A DNA stretch of 64,000 nt from Opitutales bacterium (GTDB lineage Bacteria; Verrucomicrobiota; Verrucomicrobiia; Opitutales; JABSRG01): the NCBI GenBank assembly GCA_049599475.1, contig JBMYOQ010000004.1:64001-128000 (forward strand), written 5' to 3'. This document shows, in pieces, positions 39,001 through 47,375 of this stretch. The notes under the pieces were generated by a model, which was given only the letters and a program-made list of their open reading frames with translations, ran no database searches and was not told where the DNA came from. The position numbers were made by a program, and so were the translations under genes. Within the stretch, counting starts at the first letter, position 1. The number at the start of each line of letters is the position of its first letter.

Positions 39001-42000
39001 ACGATCGATTCAGTAAGGACAGTAGTAAACACCTTACTCATCTCAGAGAATTCGCATACCTCGACTGAGGCTGTCATTTTCTATTACGACGCTCTGGATC
39101 GCCCTACGGGTATGCTTGACCCGAGAAATGCTCAGCCATCTCGGATTATATATGTCCCGAGGACCAGCCTTGTCGCATCGGAAATAGATGCGGCTCAAAA
39201 CCTTACCACATATACCTACTATCCTCAAAATTCCCTTGGCGCCGGTCTCGTACACTCGGTAACGGATGCCCTCGGAAAAAAAAGCTTTCGCGCCTATGAT
39301 GAATTAGGGCGAGAAGAATACATCTGGGGAGAGACTGTATACCCGCAAAGATTTACTTATGATGAATATGGCCAGACAGAGACCCTCTCCACATGGCGCG
39401 AGGCTACCTACGATCCTTTGTCGGATTCTTGGCCCGGTCTGACAGGGGGCGATACGACTACCTGGGATTATAATGCAGCCACTGGTCTGTTAATGCGCAA
39501 GGAATACGCAGACGGAAAAGGGACGGACTATACCTACAACGCCTCGAATCGCTTAGAGAAACGGGTCTGGGCTCGAGGCATCATCACCACCTATGTATAT
39601 GATCAATCCACGGGGGAGCTGCTATTAACCGATTATTCGGATACAACACCTGATGTTACTAATACCTATGATCGTATGGGGCGTTCTGATACAGTTACTG
39701 ATACATCGGGTTTACGCACATATGCTTACCGCGATGCGGATTTACTATTAGAGAGCGAAACTCTTCCACACGTTTCAGGGCACGTCTTAGAGCGCCGCTA
39801 CACGACCACTGATCAGGTCGGGCGCTTGGAAGGGACGGATCTCGACCTAAGTGGTGCGCATTTGCATACCTATTCATACGCGTACACATCCCATGGGCAG
39901 TTAGATACAGTGTCGGATGCGTCGGATATATTTACCTATCAATACCATCCCCAGTATGGCCATCGCACCGGGCGCTCAGGTGGAAAGGTAAATGTGACCT
40001 ACACATACGAGGCCAATCGTATGCTTAAGACTCAAGTTGCCAATACCGACACGTCGGGTCAGGCCATCAGTACCTATTCCTATTCCTATGATGCGTTGGC
40101 TCGACGAGATAGTCGTAGCCAGTCTGGGCTCTCGCAAAGCACAGATTCTGTCGATGTTTTTGAATACAATGATCGCTCCGAGCTTGAGGGGTGGGAGCGC
40201 TTCTCGGGCCTCGACCCCGAAAATCCGGGAGCAGCAATTCCCTATTTTAGCAGTGCATACACATATGATGAGTTGGGGAATCGAAAGACTAGTGCGGGCG
40301 GGTATCCCGCGCCAATTTCATCTACGTTCTCAGCCACCTATATGGTGAATGCACTGAACCAGTATGACGAGATCTCGAATAATGGGGTCACCCAAAGTCC
40401 TGAGTACGATTTAGATGGCAATCTCCTCAATGATGGGAAGTGGTCTTACGTGTGGAGTGCTGAAAATCGCCTGATAGGCTTAGAGCCTACATCTGCTATA
40501 GCTGGCGACCAGCGATTCGAATATGCTTACGATGCGATGGGGCGCCGTTTCGCCAAAGAGACATATACGATGAACAGCCAAGGCGGTTGGAGCCTCACCG
40601 AAGACCGCCGCTTTGTCTACGATTCATGGAATCTCATCGCAGAATATGTAATCGATGCGTCTCTTGTTCCTCAGCCCGCAACCTTCCACACTTGGGGCCT
40701 CGACTTACGCAATTCCATGCAAGAAGCCGGAGGGATTGGAGGTCTACTAAAAACAAGAGTCATCGAGGATTCATCCCTCATCCCGTATCTCTCTTCACTT
40801 TACTACCCAGCGCACGATGCCAACGGAAATATCACCGAATATCTTGACGAGTCTGGAAATATTGCGCAATCCACGACCTACTCGCCCTTCGGCAGAACGC
40901 TCGATGAAGTGTCACCTAGCGGCTTTCATCCCAGCTTTGGCTTCTCATCTAAATATAGAGAGAATGAATCGGGCCTACTCTATTATGGCCTAAGATATTA
41001 CGATCCAGAGACGGGGCGATGGCTCAGCCGAGACCCCACGGGCGAACTGGGTGGCCTCAACTTGCTCTATGGCTTCGTGGGCAATGACCCATTAAATCTG
41101 ACCGATGCGTTCGGACTTCTCGACTGTGAGACACAGGCTGTCATCAGCGAAGTCCTTGGCATCCTGACGGATCTCCTGATGGAGCTGGGGCCAGATATCC
41201 TGGATGCTATCATTCCCGGAGCAGGCTTAATCATTCAGGCACTTTCCGGAGATATCGAGGGAGCCGTGATTGGCTTAGCTATTGAAGCTGTAGCTGGACT
41301 CACCCTCGCTGTCTTGACGGGCGGTGGTTCTATCCTGGCACGCGGGGGACTTCGCGTTCTATTGAACTCAAGGAGAATTTTTGGGGCATTGAGCAATGCG
41401 GCTTCTAGGGTTATGGATGTCGCCCGGCGAGTTTTGAATGGGCCAGCCACAAACAGAGTAGACAACATTGTTCCATGTTTTATTGCCGGAACTCTTGTTG
41501 CGACACCAAATGGTGACGTTGAAATTCAAGACATCGAAGTCGGCGATATTGTTTATGCTTATAACTTCGAAACTGGTGAGGTCGTCGAACAAGAGATTCT
41601 ACAAACGTATAAGAATTTCACTTACTACTGGGTCGATATCGATGTTGGCGATGAGGTAATTACTGCTACCAGAAAGCATCGCTTCTGGGTTGAAAGTGAA
41701 GAAACCTGGATTCCTGCTATCGACTTGAAAGAGGGGATGTCTGTCCTTAGCCAAAATGGGGAAGAGTTAGAGATCTTTAGCGTTAATCTTCGGCAAATTG
41801 ACGACCCTCAGGACACTTTCAATTTGGAGGTGGAAGGTGATCATAATTACTTCGTTGGCACTTCAGGGACTTTGGTTCATAATGGTTATCCAGAATCACC
41901 TCAATATCCGCCACCAACTCAAGTCGGGGAGAACTTCCAATTTAACTTTGATGATTCTCCCGGGCGTCGAAACTCTCGTTCAGCAGGAGTTCGCCGAGCT

Positions 42001-42186
42001 CAACAAGCAGGAAACATCCAACCAGGAGAGATTGGGCACCACATCAATAGCGTTCAAAGTCATCCGCATTTGGCGGCTGAGCCGGATAATATTGAAGGTA
42101 TTCAAACAGAACCTGAGCATAGAGCTAGACATGGAGGTAATTATCGGAATCCTACGTCTGGACCACTTAGAACACCTGGTTGTTGA
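36016..42186 (+). CDS. RHS/YD-repeat polymorphic toxin with signal peptide, HINT domain and GHH (HNH-fold) nuclease tip
   Basis: YD repeats; core YYGLRYYDPETGRWLSRDP..GNDPLNLTDAFGL; HINT CFIAGT..VHN at 41476-41883; tip GHHINSVQSHPHLAAEPDNI..EHRARHGG. Confidence 0.93.
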   Translation: MFSPFSGYRHTHILRYILPILFALLCVGLPGTLLANRGPSDSSGTEDDGNEEELSGCDSSSGSDNGSVSFAVPFPILPLEEDLGGRKFHILESEPSPLLFTPASLNHTSRAFTYVSAIIDPSDLPEGFSHEFEITNIQSEPINFLVRHGSSIGVIGGEFTGSGEVAELLDSSFAPTQGVPAYYRVYLGSGGYIDYPANRGATPDAVVTQSGRSLNLSTGKDEIFDVSYDGGAFRQIRSPYGLADIVVVDDFGYEIRFYTPGQVLEKAGGEYPVNGEPYRVIAVRNPTGQIQNNSIVRITDTHGDYESVSQWTYVSGAEEWVMSSGYDAEADEFLLHEYKTAEEVSPEEKLVLSELLDSDLNLVQRKQALHTTDSNGKVYITVETESHNEENYVTTYDYYFEVQESESESESEAPDSETDSGSDKTLTFGKLKSVEYPNGSWERYVYDEANRRSTVARPWLDSAFSSTDDEARLTEYSYVPVHPLDILNPFDSRPRTTIEYTLGIETGRAYNAFFVDSITGEYTEIMEVATVAGAQFGDSANLRTKHTYYPISADAASAGRLKTVETPDGVVRIYSYGQATSSDNFIETVDTVGVDGPVNGKSMRIQTTRNTRGLAIAEASYVYALDTWNLLSTTFFEYTDEVSSSGAQLKVSRKDGRVLLEQSWSGPNIASVIDAFGVETHFFYDPLDRLEREVKIGAEGREDIVTTYNRTLGAIDCGCDGKLSIKRTAGGLTLEEKKDTDSVGRLSSTQTIDGYQTSYSYFNYDLETTETLPTGETRTTSNHLDGQLKATLGSSVIHEFYTYEINSDGHRIVTVSIGTQNSPRYKKTTYDFAGRLISETTPTTTGGTYTRTYTYDERGLLVTQSEPGLASTVFEYDSLANSVRTGLDVDGDGVLQLLSVDRITDNDTFFEQDASRDNAWYEVSTVTTYPDENSDRSVIVSRMAEKSSGFTLATEHGDLVSETIARDIHGNETVVTTYAERSTKTAKAITNSPGSTIDSVRTVVNTLLISENSHTSTEAVIFYYDALDRPTGMLDPRNAQPSRIIYVPRTSLVASEIDAAQNLTTYTYYPQNSLGAGLVHSVTDALGKKSFRAYDELGREEYIWGETVYPQRFTYDEYGQTETLSTWREATYDPLSDSWPGLTGGDTTTWDYNAATGLLMRKEYADGKGTDYTYNASNRLEKRVWARGIITTYVYDQSTGELLLTDYSDTTPDVTNTYDRMGRSDTVTDTSGLRTYAYRDADLLLESETLPHVSGHVLERRYTTTDQVGRLEGTDLDLSGAHLHTYSYAYTSHGQLDTVSDASDIFTYQYHPQYGHRTGRSGGKVNVTYTYEANRMLKTQVANTDTSGQAISTYSYSYDALARRDSRSQSGLSQSTDSVDVFEYNDRSELEGWERFSGLDPENPGAAIPYFSSAYTYDELGNRKTSAGGYPAPISSTFSATYMVNALNQYDEISNNGVTQSPEYDLDGNLLNDGKWSYVWSAENRLIGLEPTSAIAGDQRFEYAYDAMGRRFAKETYTMNSQGGWSLTEDRRFVYDSWNLIAEYVIDASLVPQPATFHTWGLDLRNSMQEAGGIGGLLKTRVIEDSSLIPYLSSLYYPAHDANGNITEYLDESGNIAQSTTYSPFGRTLDEVSPSGFHPSFGFSSKYRENESGLLYYGLRYYDPETGRWLSRDPTGELGGLNLLYGFVGNDPLNLTDAFGLLDCETQAVISEVLGILTDLLMELGPDILDAIIPGAGLIIQALSGDIEGAVIGLAIEAVAGLTLAVLTGGGSILARGGLRVLLNSRRIFGALSNAASRVMDVARRVLNGPATNRVDNIVPCFIAGTLVATPNGDVEIQDIEVGDIVYAYNFETGEVVEQEILQTYKNFTYYWVDIDVGDEVITATRKHRFWVESEETWIPAIDLKEGMSVLSQNGEELEIFSVNLRQIDDPQDTFNLEVEGDHNYFVGTSGTLVHNGYPESPQYPPPTQVGENFQFNFDDSPGRRNSRSAGVRRAQQAGNIQPGEIGHHINSVQSHPHLAAEPDNIEGIQTEPEHRARHGGNYRNPTSGPLRTPGC
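37225..37251 (+). repeat. Hexamer tandem repeat GAGTCW x4.5 encoding ESESESESE inside the RHS gene
   Basis: GAGTCT GAGTCA GAGTCA GAGTCT GAG. Confidence 0.8.
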
Positions 42187-42188
42187 CG

Positions 42189-42695
42189 ATGGACTCATTT
42201 GAAGACTTTGATTTAGAAACATGGCTAGAAGCTCGATCGGATAAGAATGAGCTATCCGATGGTGAACTTCGCTTCTATCATAAAGATAACACGACTAGTG
42301 TTCTTATACCACGGAACGATAATGATGGTTTGGATCCGAAGCTATTGTCTTCACCCCTTTCATGGTTTTATAAGAAGTATTTATGCGGCAGTATTGGGAA
42401 TAGCCACATAATCATTGGTTCTTCAAAGGTAGATGGTGTCGAAATTAGTCATCGATATAAAGTCCCTGGTCGCTTGGAAATGACTGACGTTCTAAAGAGG
42501 GTTGATGTGACGAGCGAGGTAGGTGATTATTTTTTTGCAGTGGAGTCTGCTTGGATGTTTGCCTATGCTGTTAGGCCTGTTGATAATGGCTTCGAGCTGA
42601 TTCGTTTTGATCGAGACATGCAGACTTCAGAAGTTGTTTTTTCGATAAAGTCGATCTTTGATGACTGGTGGAATCTTGTTTCTGAGGACTTTTAG
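42189..42695 (+). CDS. Cognate immunity protein, SUKH (SMI1/KNR4)-like
   Basis: ATG 2 bp after the toxin stop; AT-rich; LSWFYKKYLCGSIG and C-terminal SIKSIFDDWW echo SUKH motifs; no signal peptide, fitting a cytoplasmic nuclease. Confidence 0.7.
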   Translation: MDSFEDFDLETWLEARSDKNELSDGELRFYHKDNTTSVLIPRNDNDGLDPKLLSSPLSWFYKKYLCGSIGNSHIIIGSSKVDGVEISHRYKVPGRLEMTDVLKRVDVTSEVGDYFFAVESAWMFAYAVRPVDNGFELIRFDRDMQTSEVVFSIKSIFDDWWNLVSEDF

Positions 42696-42863
42696 ATAGC
42701 CGACTACGGGCACATGCAGTGCCAGATGCGTTGCATCTGATCACAGCATCTGCTGATCCGCTGCCACCAGGCAGCCCACGGCGGGTCTGCTATTGGTTCT
42801 GCGGATTAACTAGAACCCGCACGGCGCATGAAACCTCGCTAAGGCTCGGGCGCCTACTGCACA

Positions 42864-43180
42864 GTAAGCGTCACACGAAGCACCGTCATTTAGCTATGTA
42901 ACCAATGAATGGATATCATAAATATGGTATCTATGACATCTACGACCTATACCGATACTGAAGCAGTCTTCCTAAAAACAGATCGTCTGGGGCGTGTCCA
43001 CGTGCCGGCCGAGAAGCGCAAGTTGATTTTGAACCGTTTTGAATCGAGTGGTCTGAGTGGTCAGGCCTTTGCCGCTCAGATTGGCGTAAAATATCCGACT
43101 TTTGCCAATTGGGTTCAAAGGCGCCGAAGGGCTCAAGGCGGATATACCAACCGGGAGCTAGCGTCCGCAAAAGCTCCGCA
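42864..43180 (+). mobile_element. IS66-family remnant (left end plus partial tnpA)
   Basis: Begins GTAAGCGTC, typical of IS66 termini, about 70 bp before a TnpA-like HTH ORF; no tnpB/tnpC; right boundary approximate. Confidence 0.7.
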
Positions 43181-43223
43181 TAGAATTTCTTGTTGTATAG
43201 AAATACAGTGTATCTATTTTTAA
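42933..43223 (+). pseudogene. Truncated IS66 accessory protein TnpA
   Basis: KTDRLGRV..FESSGLSGQAFAAQIGVKYPTFANWV HTH; then runs into unrelated AT-rich sequence. Confidence 0.7.
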
Positions 43224-43278
43224 CAGGTCACTTGCATTTAAATTTGCCTAATGAGTGCGGTTTCTTGTTTATACGATT

Positions 43279-43743
43279 ATGGAATTTGCAAGGGTTGTAT
43301 TCATCGCATTTGTTTTTAGTTTGAGCCTAGTGTCTGAGGCTAAACAAATTAAAGGGGAGTCTCTTATATTTGATATCCCGGGCAACATAAACTACCAGAG
43401 TGTTGATGGGGTGGAGGGCTATATTTTTGAGTGGAAGGAAAAACAATCGGAAATCCAATTCTATATAGGCCGTAATGAATTAGGTCTTTCTATGGACAAA
43501 TTGGAAAGTATGGCAGATCTTTTAGTTAAGTTACAGGGAGCTGTGAAGGAGGAGGTTCGAATCGGAGTTTTCGAAGGGTTCGTGGTTAAGGTTAAGGAAA
43601 CTGATATTTCCGGAGTAGAACAAAATCAGTGGAATTTCACGTTGACTACTGGGGATACCATTTGGGGAGGTTCACTTTCTGGAGCAGGCAAGAAGTCTCA
43701 ACGCATCGTAAATTCCATTCTTGAGAATGCGAAAAAGCGCTAA
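43279..43743 (+). CDS. Secreted hypothetical protein, possible orphan immunity protein (PsbP/DcrB-like topology)
   Basis: Signal peptide MEFARVVFIAFVFSLSLVSEA; AT-rich; beta-rich with terminal helix RIVNSIL. Confidence 0.65.
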   Translation: MEFARVVFIAFVFSLSLVSEAKQIKGESLIFDIPGNINYQSVDGVEGYIFEWKEKQSEIQFYIGRNELGLSMDKLESMADLLVKLQGAVKEEVRIGVFEGFVVKVKETDISGVEQNQWNFTLTTGDTIWGGSLSGAGKKSQRIVNSILENAKKR

Positions 43744-44026
43744 TGAAGTATACTTATTTGTAATTATGGGACGATTTGACGTCTCCTTACTGTCTAACTT
43801 AGAAGAGCGTTTAAAAAGGTTTTTGATCGTTGTCCTGGAAAGCCACTCTTATAATGAGTTTGCAGGCGATTTAGAAGATGTTGATTGAAGGCTCTCTATT
43901 CATGGGGACTTTTGAAGATTTGAGGCGCTGGTGTTTATGGCCCTGCTTAAGTGGCTTCGCCGAGCGGCACGGCAACCAGATTGCAGTGGCCTATAGCAAT
44001 GACTCTCAAAATGAATGCGAATCGGT

Positions 44027-44743
44027 CTAATCGGAGAAATAGAGGTATCCGAATTTTTTGTATTCGTGGAAGCGTTTTTCGAAAGGTTTCCATGCCCATA
44101 TGGCTCGTTCTCCTGTGTCGCGATCCGCTCGGTAAAAGTTTGCGCGCCAGTGGGTTCCCGGTTCAGCGGGGACGTTTTGGAGCGGTTTGAATAGAGCGTA
44201 GGGGATGAAGAACTCAGCGGTCCAATGAGTAACCTGTCCCTCGCTATCAGAGTGAATCTGGGTTTCGTGTCGTGTCTCACGATCTTCCCTGACTCGCCAC
44301 GGGCGCCAGCCGTGAAAGTCTCCATCGTAATTGGGAACCAGGAGAATCAATTCATAGTTTGCAGGAGAGATTTCGTATTCGAAATAGATATTGCTGGACT
44401 CGTCTGGCCAAATGAAGATCTCTACGGCGTCCTCTCTAAAGATGTCTGCGTAATCCTCTTGAAGGGTCGAAGTGATGGTGTCGTCTTCGCAATGGAAAAG
44501 GAAATATACCCCGGTCTCCGAATGTAGCATCTTGAAACGGGTATCGAAGTCCTGACCCAATTCATTGTATTTTGGGACATCTACCCAGTTCGCATTCTCC
44601 CATAACGGCGAGGTGCCTGAGCCATCCAGAGCGAAATCTGCGGATTTCTTTATGTGCAGCGCCGACGCTTTAAGAGGATCCGCAGATGCGAGGTTGTAGA
44701 TAAAAAGAATCAGCAGCAGAGAACAGGAGATCGATCTATTCAT
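44027..44743 (-). CDS. CBM9-like / DOMON-like carbohydrate-binding protein
   Basis: Signal peptide; LDG..W, EDAVEIF, YFEYEISP, WTAEFFIP, WRANFYR. Confidence 0.82.
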   Translation of the reverse strand: MNRSISCSLLLILFIYNLASADPLKASALHIKKSADFALDGSGTSPLWENANWVDVPKYNELGQDFDTRFKMLHSETGVYFLFHCEDDTITSTLQEDYADIFREDAVEIFIWPDESSNIYFEYEISPANYELILLVPNYDGDFHGWRPWRVREDRETRHETQIHSDSEGQVTHWTAEFFIPYALFKPLQNVPAEPGTHWRANFYRADRDTGERAIWAWKPFEKRFHEYKKFGYLYFSD

Positions 44744-47375
44744 TAGAGCCAGTAGTTTCGCCCATGTTTATATTTCTCTGATTAAAAACGCCTCCATTGA
44801 TGTCCACCGAGGCCTTGGCGTAGCTATGCTCTTGCTCGATTTGCTTGAAGGTCAGAGAGCCTCCCAGCAGATCGAACCCTACATCGACTTCTCCGCGTGC
44901 ATAGAATTTCGAGATCGCCATATCAATCTTTCCACTATCTGGAACGCTTGGATCGATGCGCATTACCATGCCCTTAGGAAGTTGACCTTCAGGAATGTCT
45001 TCTGGCTGCACATAGGGCAGTCGAGTCATTGGGTTGAAGCTGAAGTTCACTATATTTGCGCCCTTGTTTCCGAGTGCTTTGACCCAGGCTCCCCAACCAG
45101 CTTCGCTCCCTCCAATAAGGATGTTCGCATTTCCTCCACCAGTTCCATTTTGGTCAATGAAATCGAAGGCCCGCGTGCTGCCGTTGGTGAAAAAACCGGT
45201 GATCTGCTCGTTCGCTCCGCTGGCAATAGTGATTGTCCCAGCGCCGCGCATGTTCGGGATTAGGCTGTGTTCCGTGCCGCGGAAAATGTCGTCCTTGGTC
45301 GGTTTGTTTTTCCGATCGCCTGGGAATTGAAAGCGAAGATTTCTCCCTGTACTTAGAGACCAGTCTTGGGGGCGAATGTGGCAATTGTCGATCCAGCCGA
45401 TCGTCTTGGTATTGCCGACCATGAACCCTATGTTCAGTGCGGACCCATTGACGCGCGAGAGGACGTGATAGTTGTTGTCGTATGTGGCGAAATCTACGGC
45501 GTTGTAAGTATTGCCTAAATACAAACGCCTTGCCCAGCATCCAGGGCCCTTACTCTGAATCGTGAACGGGTAGGGCTGGATGTTTGTGAAGTCTTGATGC
45601 AAATACCAAATTGTAAGACCCGTGATTCCTGATCCGCGCAGCTCTGGCGTGGACTCAAGTGTGATCAAAGGTGGGTTCTGAGGATTGCCCATATCCTGCG
45701 GGATATCGGCTATAAGCATGGCGCGCACTTGTCGGCCGCGTGGCATGAAGTCGTTTACACCACGAAGCTCGACTCCTGATGGGATCGTGAGATGCCTCTT
45801 GAGTAGATAGCGTCCTTGAGGCAGGTAGACGGTCCCTCCTCCGTTTTCCCCCGCCTTGTCTAGAGCGGATTGAATCGCTAGTGAAGCATCGGTTTCACCA
45901 TCTGTCGGTGCATTAAATGGAGGTGCTGTTACGACGTAAAGTGACTCCGGATCGAGGCGGGCCGGAAGGGTGTCCGGGACTTGGATAATCTCGGGAAGTG
46001 AGCGGCCAGCATAGGAGGTAGGAGAATGGTCGATTTCGTTTTTGGAGGAGCCCGTTGTTTTAATATCAGGCTGGCTTGGAAAAGTATTTCCTTTGGCTGT
46101 GAGCGGAGAGCGACTGCTCTTAAAGCGAATGTGTCGGTTGGACTGCAGAAACTTGGAGTCATAGACATCGACATAAGCATTTTCGGCATCTATCGCGTAG
46201 TCATCCTTTCCGGAGCCCCAGTTGGCGAATGTGCAGCTGTGCGCGTCGAACATTTGGCTGTATGAGCCATCAAGTCGGACTGCCGTGCCTGAGACATCGA
46301 ACGTGCACTCAAATAGCCGAAGCTCGGCGTAGTCACGTCTGGAGCCGAATGGCTTGCCGGATTTACTCAGTTTAATCCAGTTCTCCTGCCACCCGGTTTT
46401 ATCCATTTGCATCAGGATTCCGTATTTCGACGCAGAAATGGATGTCCCGGTGACGTATACCCGGTGGTTGCTGCCTCCGGTAAAAAACATCCCAATCTCC
46501 GCATTCGTGATTTTGACGTTGTGCCAGTAGGTCCATCCGTGTGGAGGCATGACCTTCACCCCAATCGGGTAATGGTCGATTTCTACATCGATGAAAATCC
46601 CGGCGTCCTGGCGGTTTAGCTGAATTGCGAATGATTGCTCGCGCTTTAGGGCTGCTGTGAGTTCTTCAAAGCTCGGGGCTCCTGGGAATCGGCTTTCCGC
46701 CCAATAACGTGGGGAGAAGCGCAAGTCGGTGCAGCGCGGCACCGCCACCGCTTTTAGCATGATGATCCCAGTTTTGAGAGGCGACCCACAGACATCTAGC
46801 ACGGTAGAAAAGGATCCGGTAATGACGCCGATGTATGGGTTTACCAGATTGACGTGTTTAATCGCAGAATTGCCAGCAAGGAGAACGCAAGCGGGATAGG
46901 GAACGATGTTGTCCACAGTCTGTTCTGGGTAGACGATACTCAGGTCGCGCAGGCCCCCTTCGTTGATCGTGATAAAGGGTTTCGCGCTGGGATCACCTCT
47001 GCCTGCGTAGGCCATAAGAACAGTTCCGAGTGTGATGGGATCGGCTCCGGTGGGGCGTCTCCAGTCGCCACGTAGGGTGACACCTGCGGGGATCGACAGA
47101 TTGCCGCCGATGCGATACCGGCCTGAAGGCGCGTAGACCGTGCCACCAAACTTATCAGCGTCATTGATGGCCGCTTGAATCGCCTCAGTGCTGTCTGTGC
47201 GGCCCAAGCGATCGGCATTGTAGGGCGGAGCCGTGACGTCGAACGAGACTACGGGTACGAGCCCCTCTGAATCGTAAACAATCGGTGTAATCCACGGAGT
47301 GGGTGGTTCGTCTGCCTGGACGAACGTGGTGTGTGCGATGAAAAGAGAAAGGAAGACTGGGAAAAGTCTATTCAT
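44736..47375 (-). CDS. Secreted polysaccharide-active enzyme with two pectate-lyase-3-like beta-helix domains
   Basis: Signal peptide; motif (D/V)VTAPP.NA..G.TD...AIQ.A...GGTVY.P.GRY occurs twice. Confidence 0.8.
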   Translation of the reverse strand: MNRLFPVFLSLFIAHTTFVQADEPPTPWITPIVYDSEGLVPVVSFDVTAPPYNADRLGRTDSTEAIQAAINDADKFGGTVYAPSGRYRIGGNLSIPAGVTLRGDWRRPTGADPITLGTVLMAYAGRGDPSAKPFITINEGGLRDLSIVYPEQTVDNIVPYPACVLLAGNSAIKHVNLVNPYIGVITGSFSTVLDVCGSPLKTGIIMLKAVAVPRCTDLRFSPRYWAESRFPGAPSFEELTAALKREQSFAIQLNRQDAGIFIDVEIDHYPIGVKVMPPHGWTYWHNVKITNAEIGMFFTGGSNHRVYVTGTSISASKYGILMQMDKTGWQENWIKLSKSGKPFGSRRDYAELRLFECTFDVSGTAVRLDGSYSQMFDAHSCTFANWGSGKDDYAIDAENAYVDVYDSKFLQSNRHIRFKSSRSPLTAKGNTFPSQPDIKTTGSSKNEIDHSPTSYAGRSLPEIIQVPDTLPARLDPESLYVVTAPPFNAPTDGETDASLAIQSALDKAGENGGGTVYLPQGRYLLKRHLTIPSGVELRGVNDFMPRGRQVRAMLIADIPQDMGNPQNPPLITLESTPELRGSGITGLTIWYLHQDFTNIQPYPFTIQSKGPGCWARRLYLGNTYNAVDFATYDNNYHVLSRVNGSALNIGFMVGNTKTIGWIDNCHIRPQDWSLSTGRNLRFQFPGDRKNKPTKDDIFRGTEHSLIPNMRGAGTITIASGANEQITGFFTNGSTRAFDFIDQNGTGGGNANILIGGSEAGWGAWVKALGNKGANIVNFSFNPMTRLPYVQPEDIPEGQLPKGMVMRIDPSVPDSGKIDMAISKFYARGEVDVGFDLLGGSLTFKQIEQEHSYAKASVDINGGVFNQRNINMGETTGSNE

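Noticed and set aside
39276..39283. A8 tract in the RHS gene as a phase-variation switch
   Set aside because: Short, in frame (Gly-Lys-Lys-Ser codons) and expected by chance
41476..41883. Mobile intein with homing endonuclease
   Set aside because: Only 136 aa, no LAGLIDADG insert, +1 residue is Gly; fits a toxin-associated HINT domain
43766..43888. 40-codon ORF (MGRFDVSLL...) and a possible IS end after the orphan gene
   Set aside because: Too short, no recognisable motif, no matching inverted repeat found
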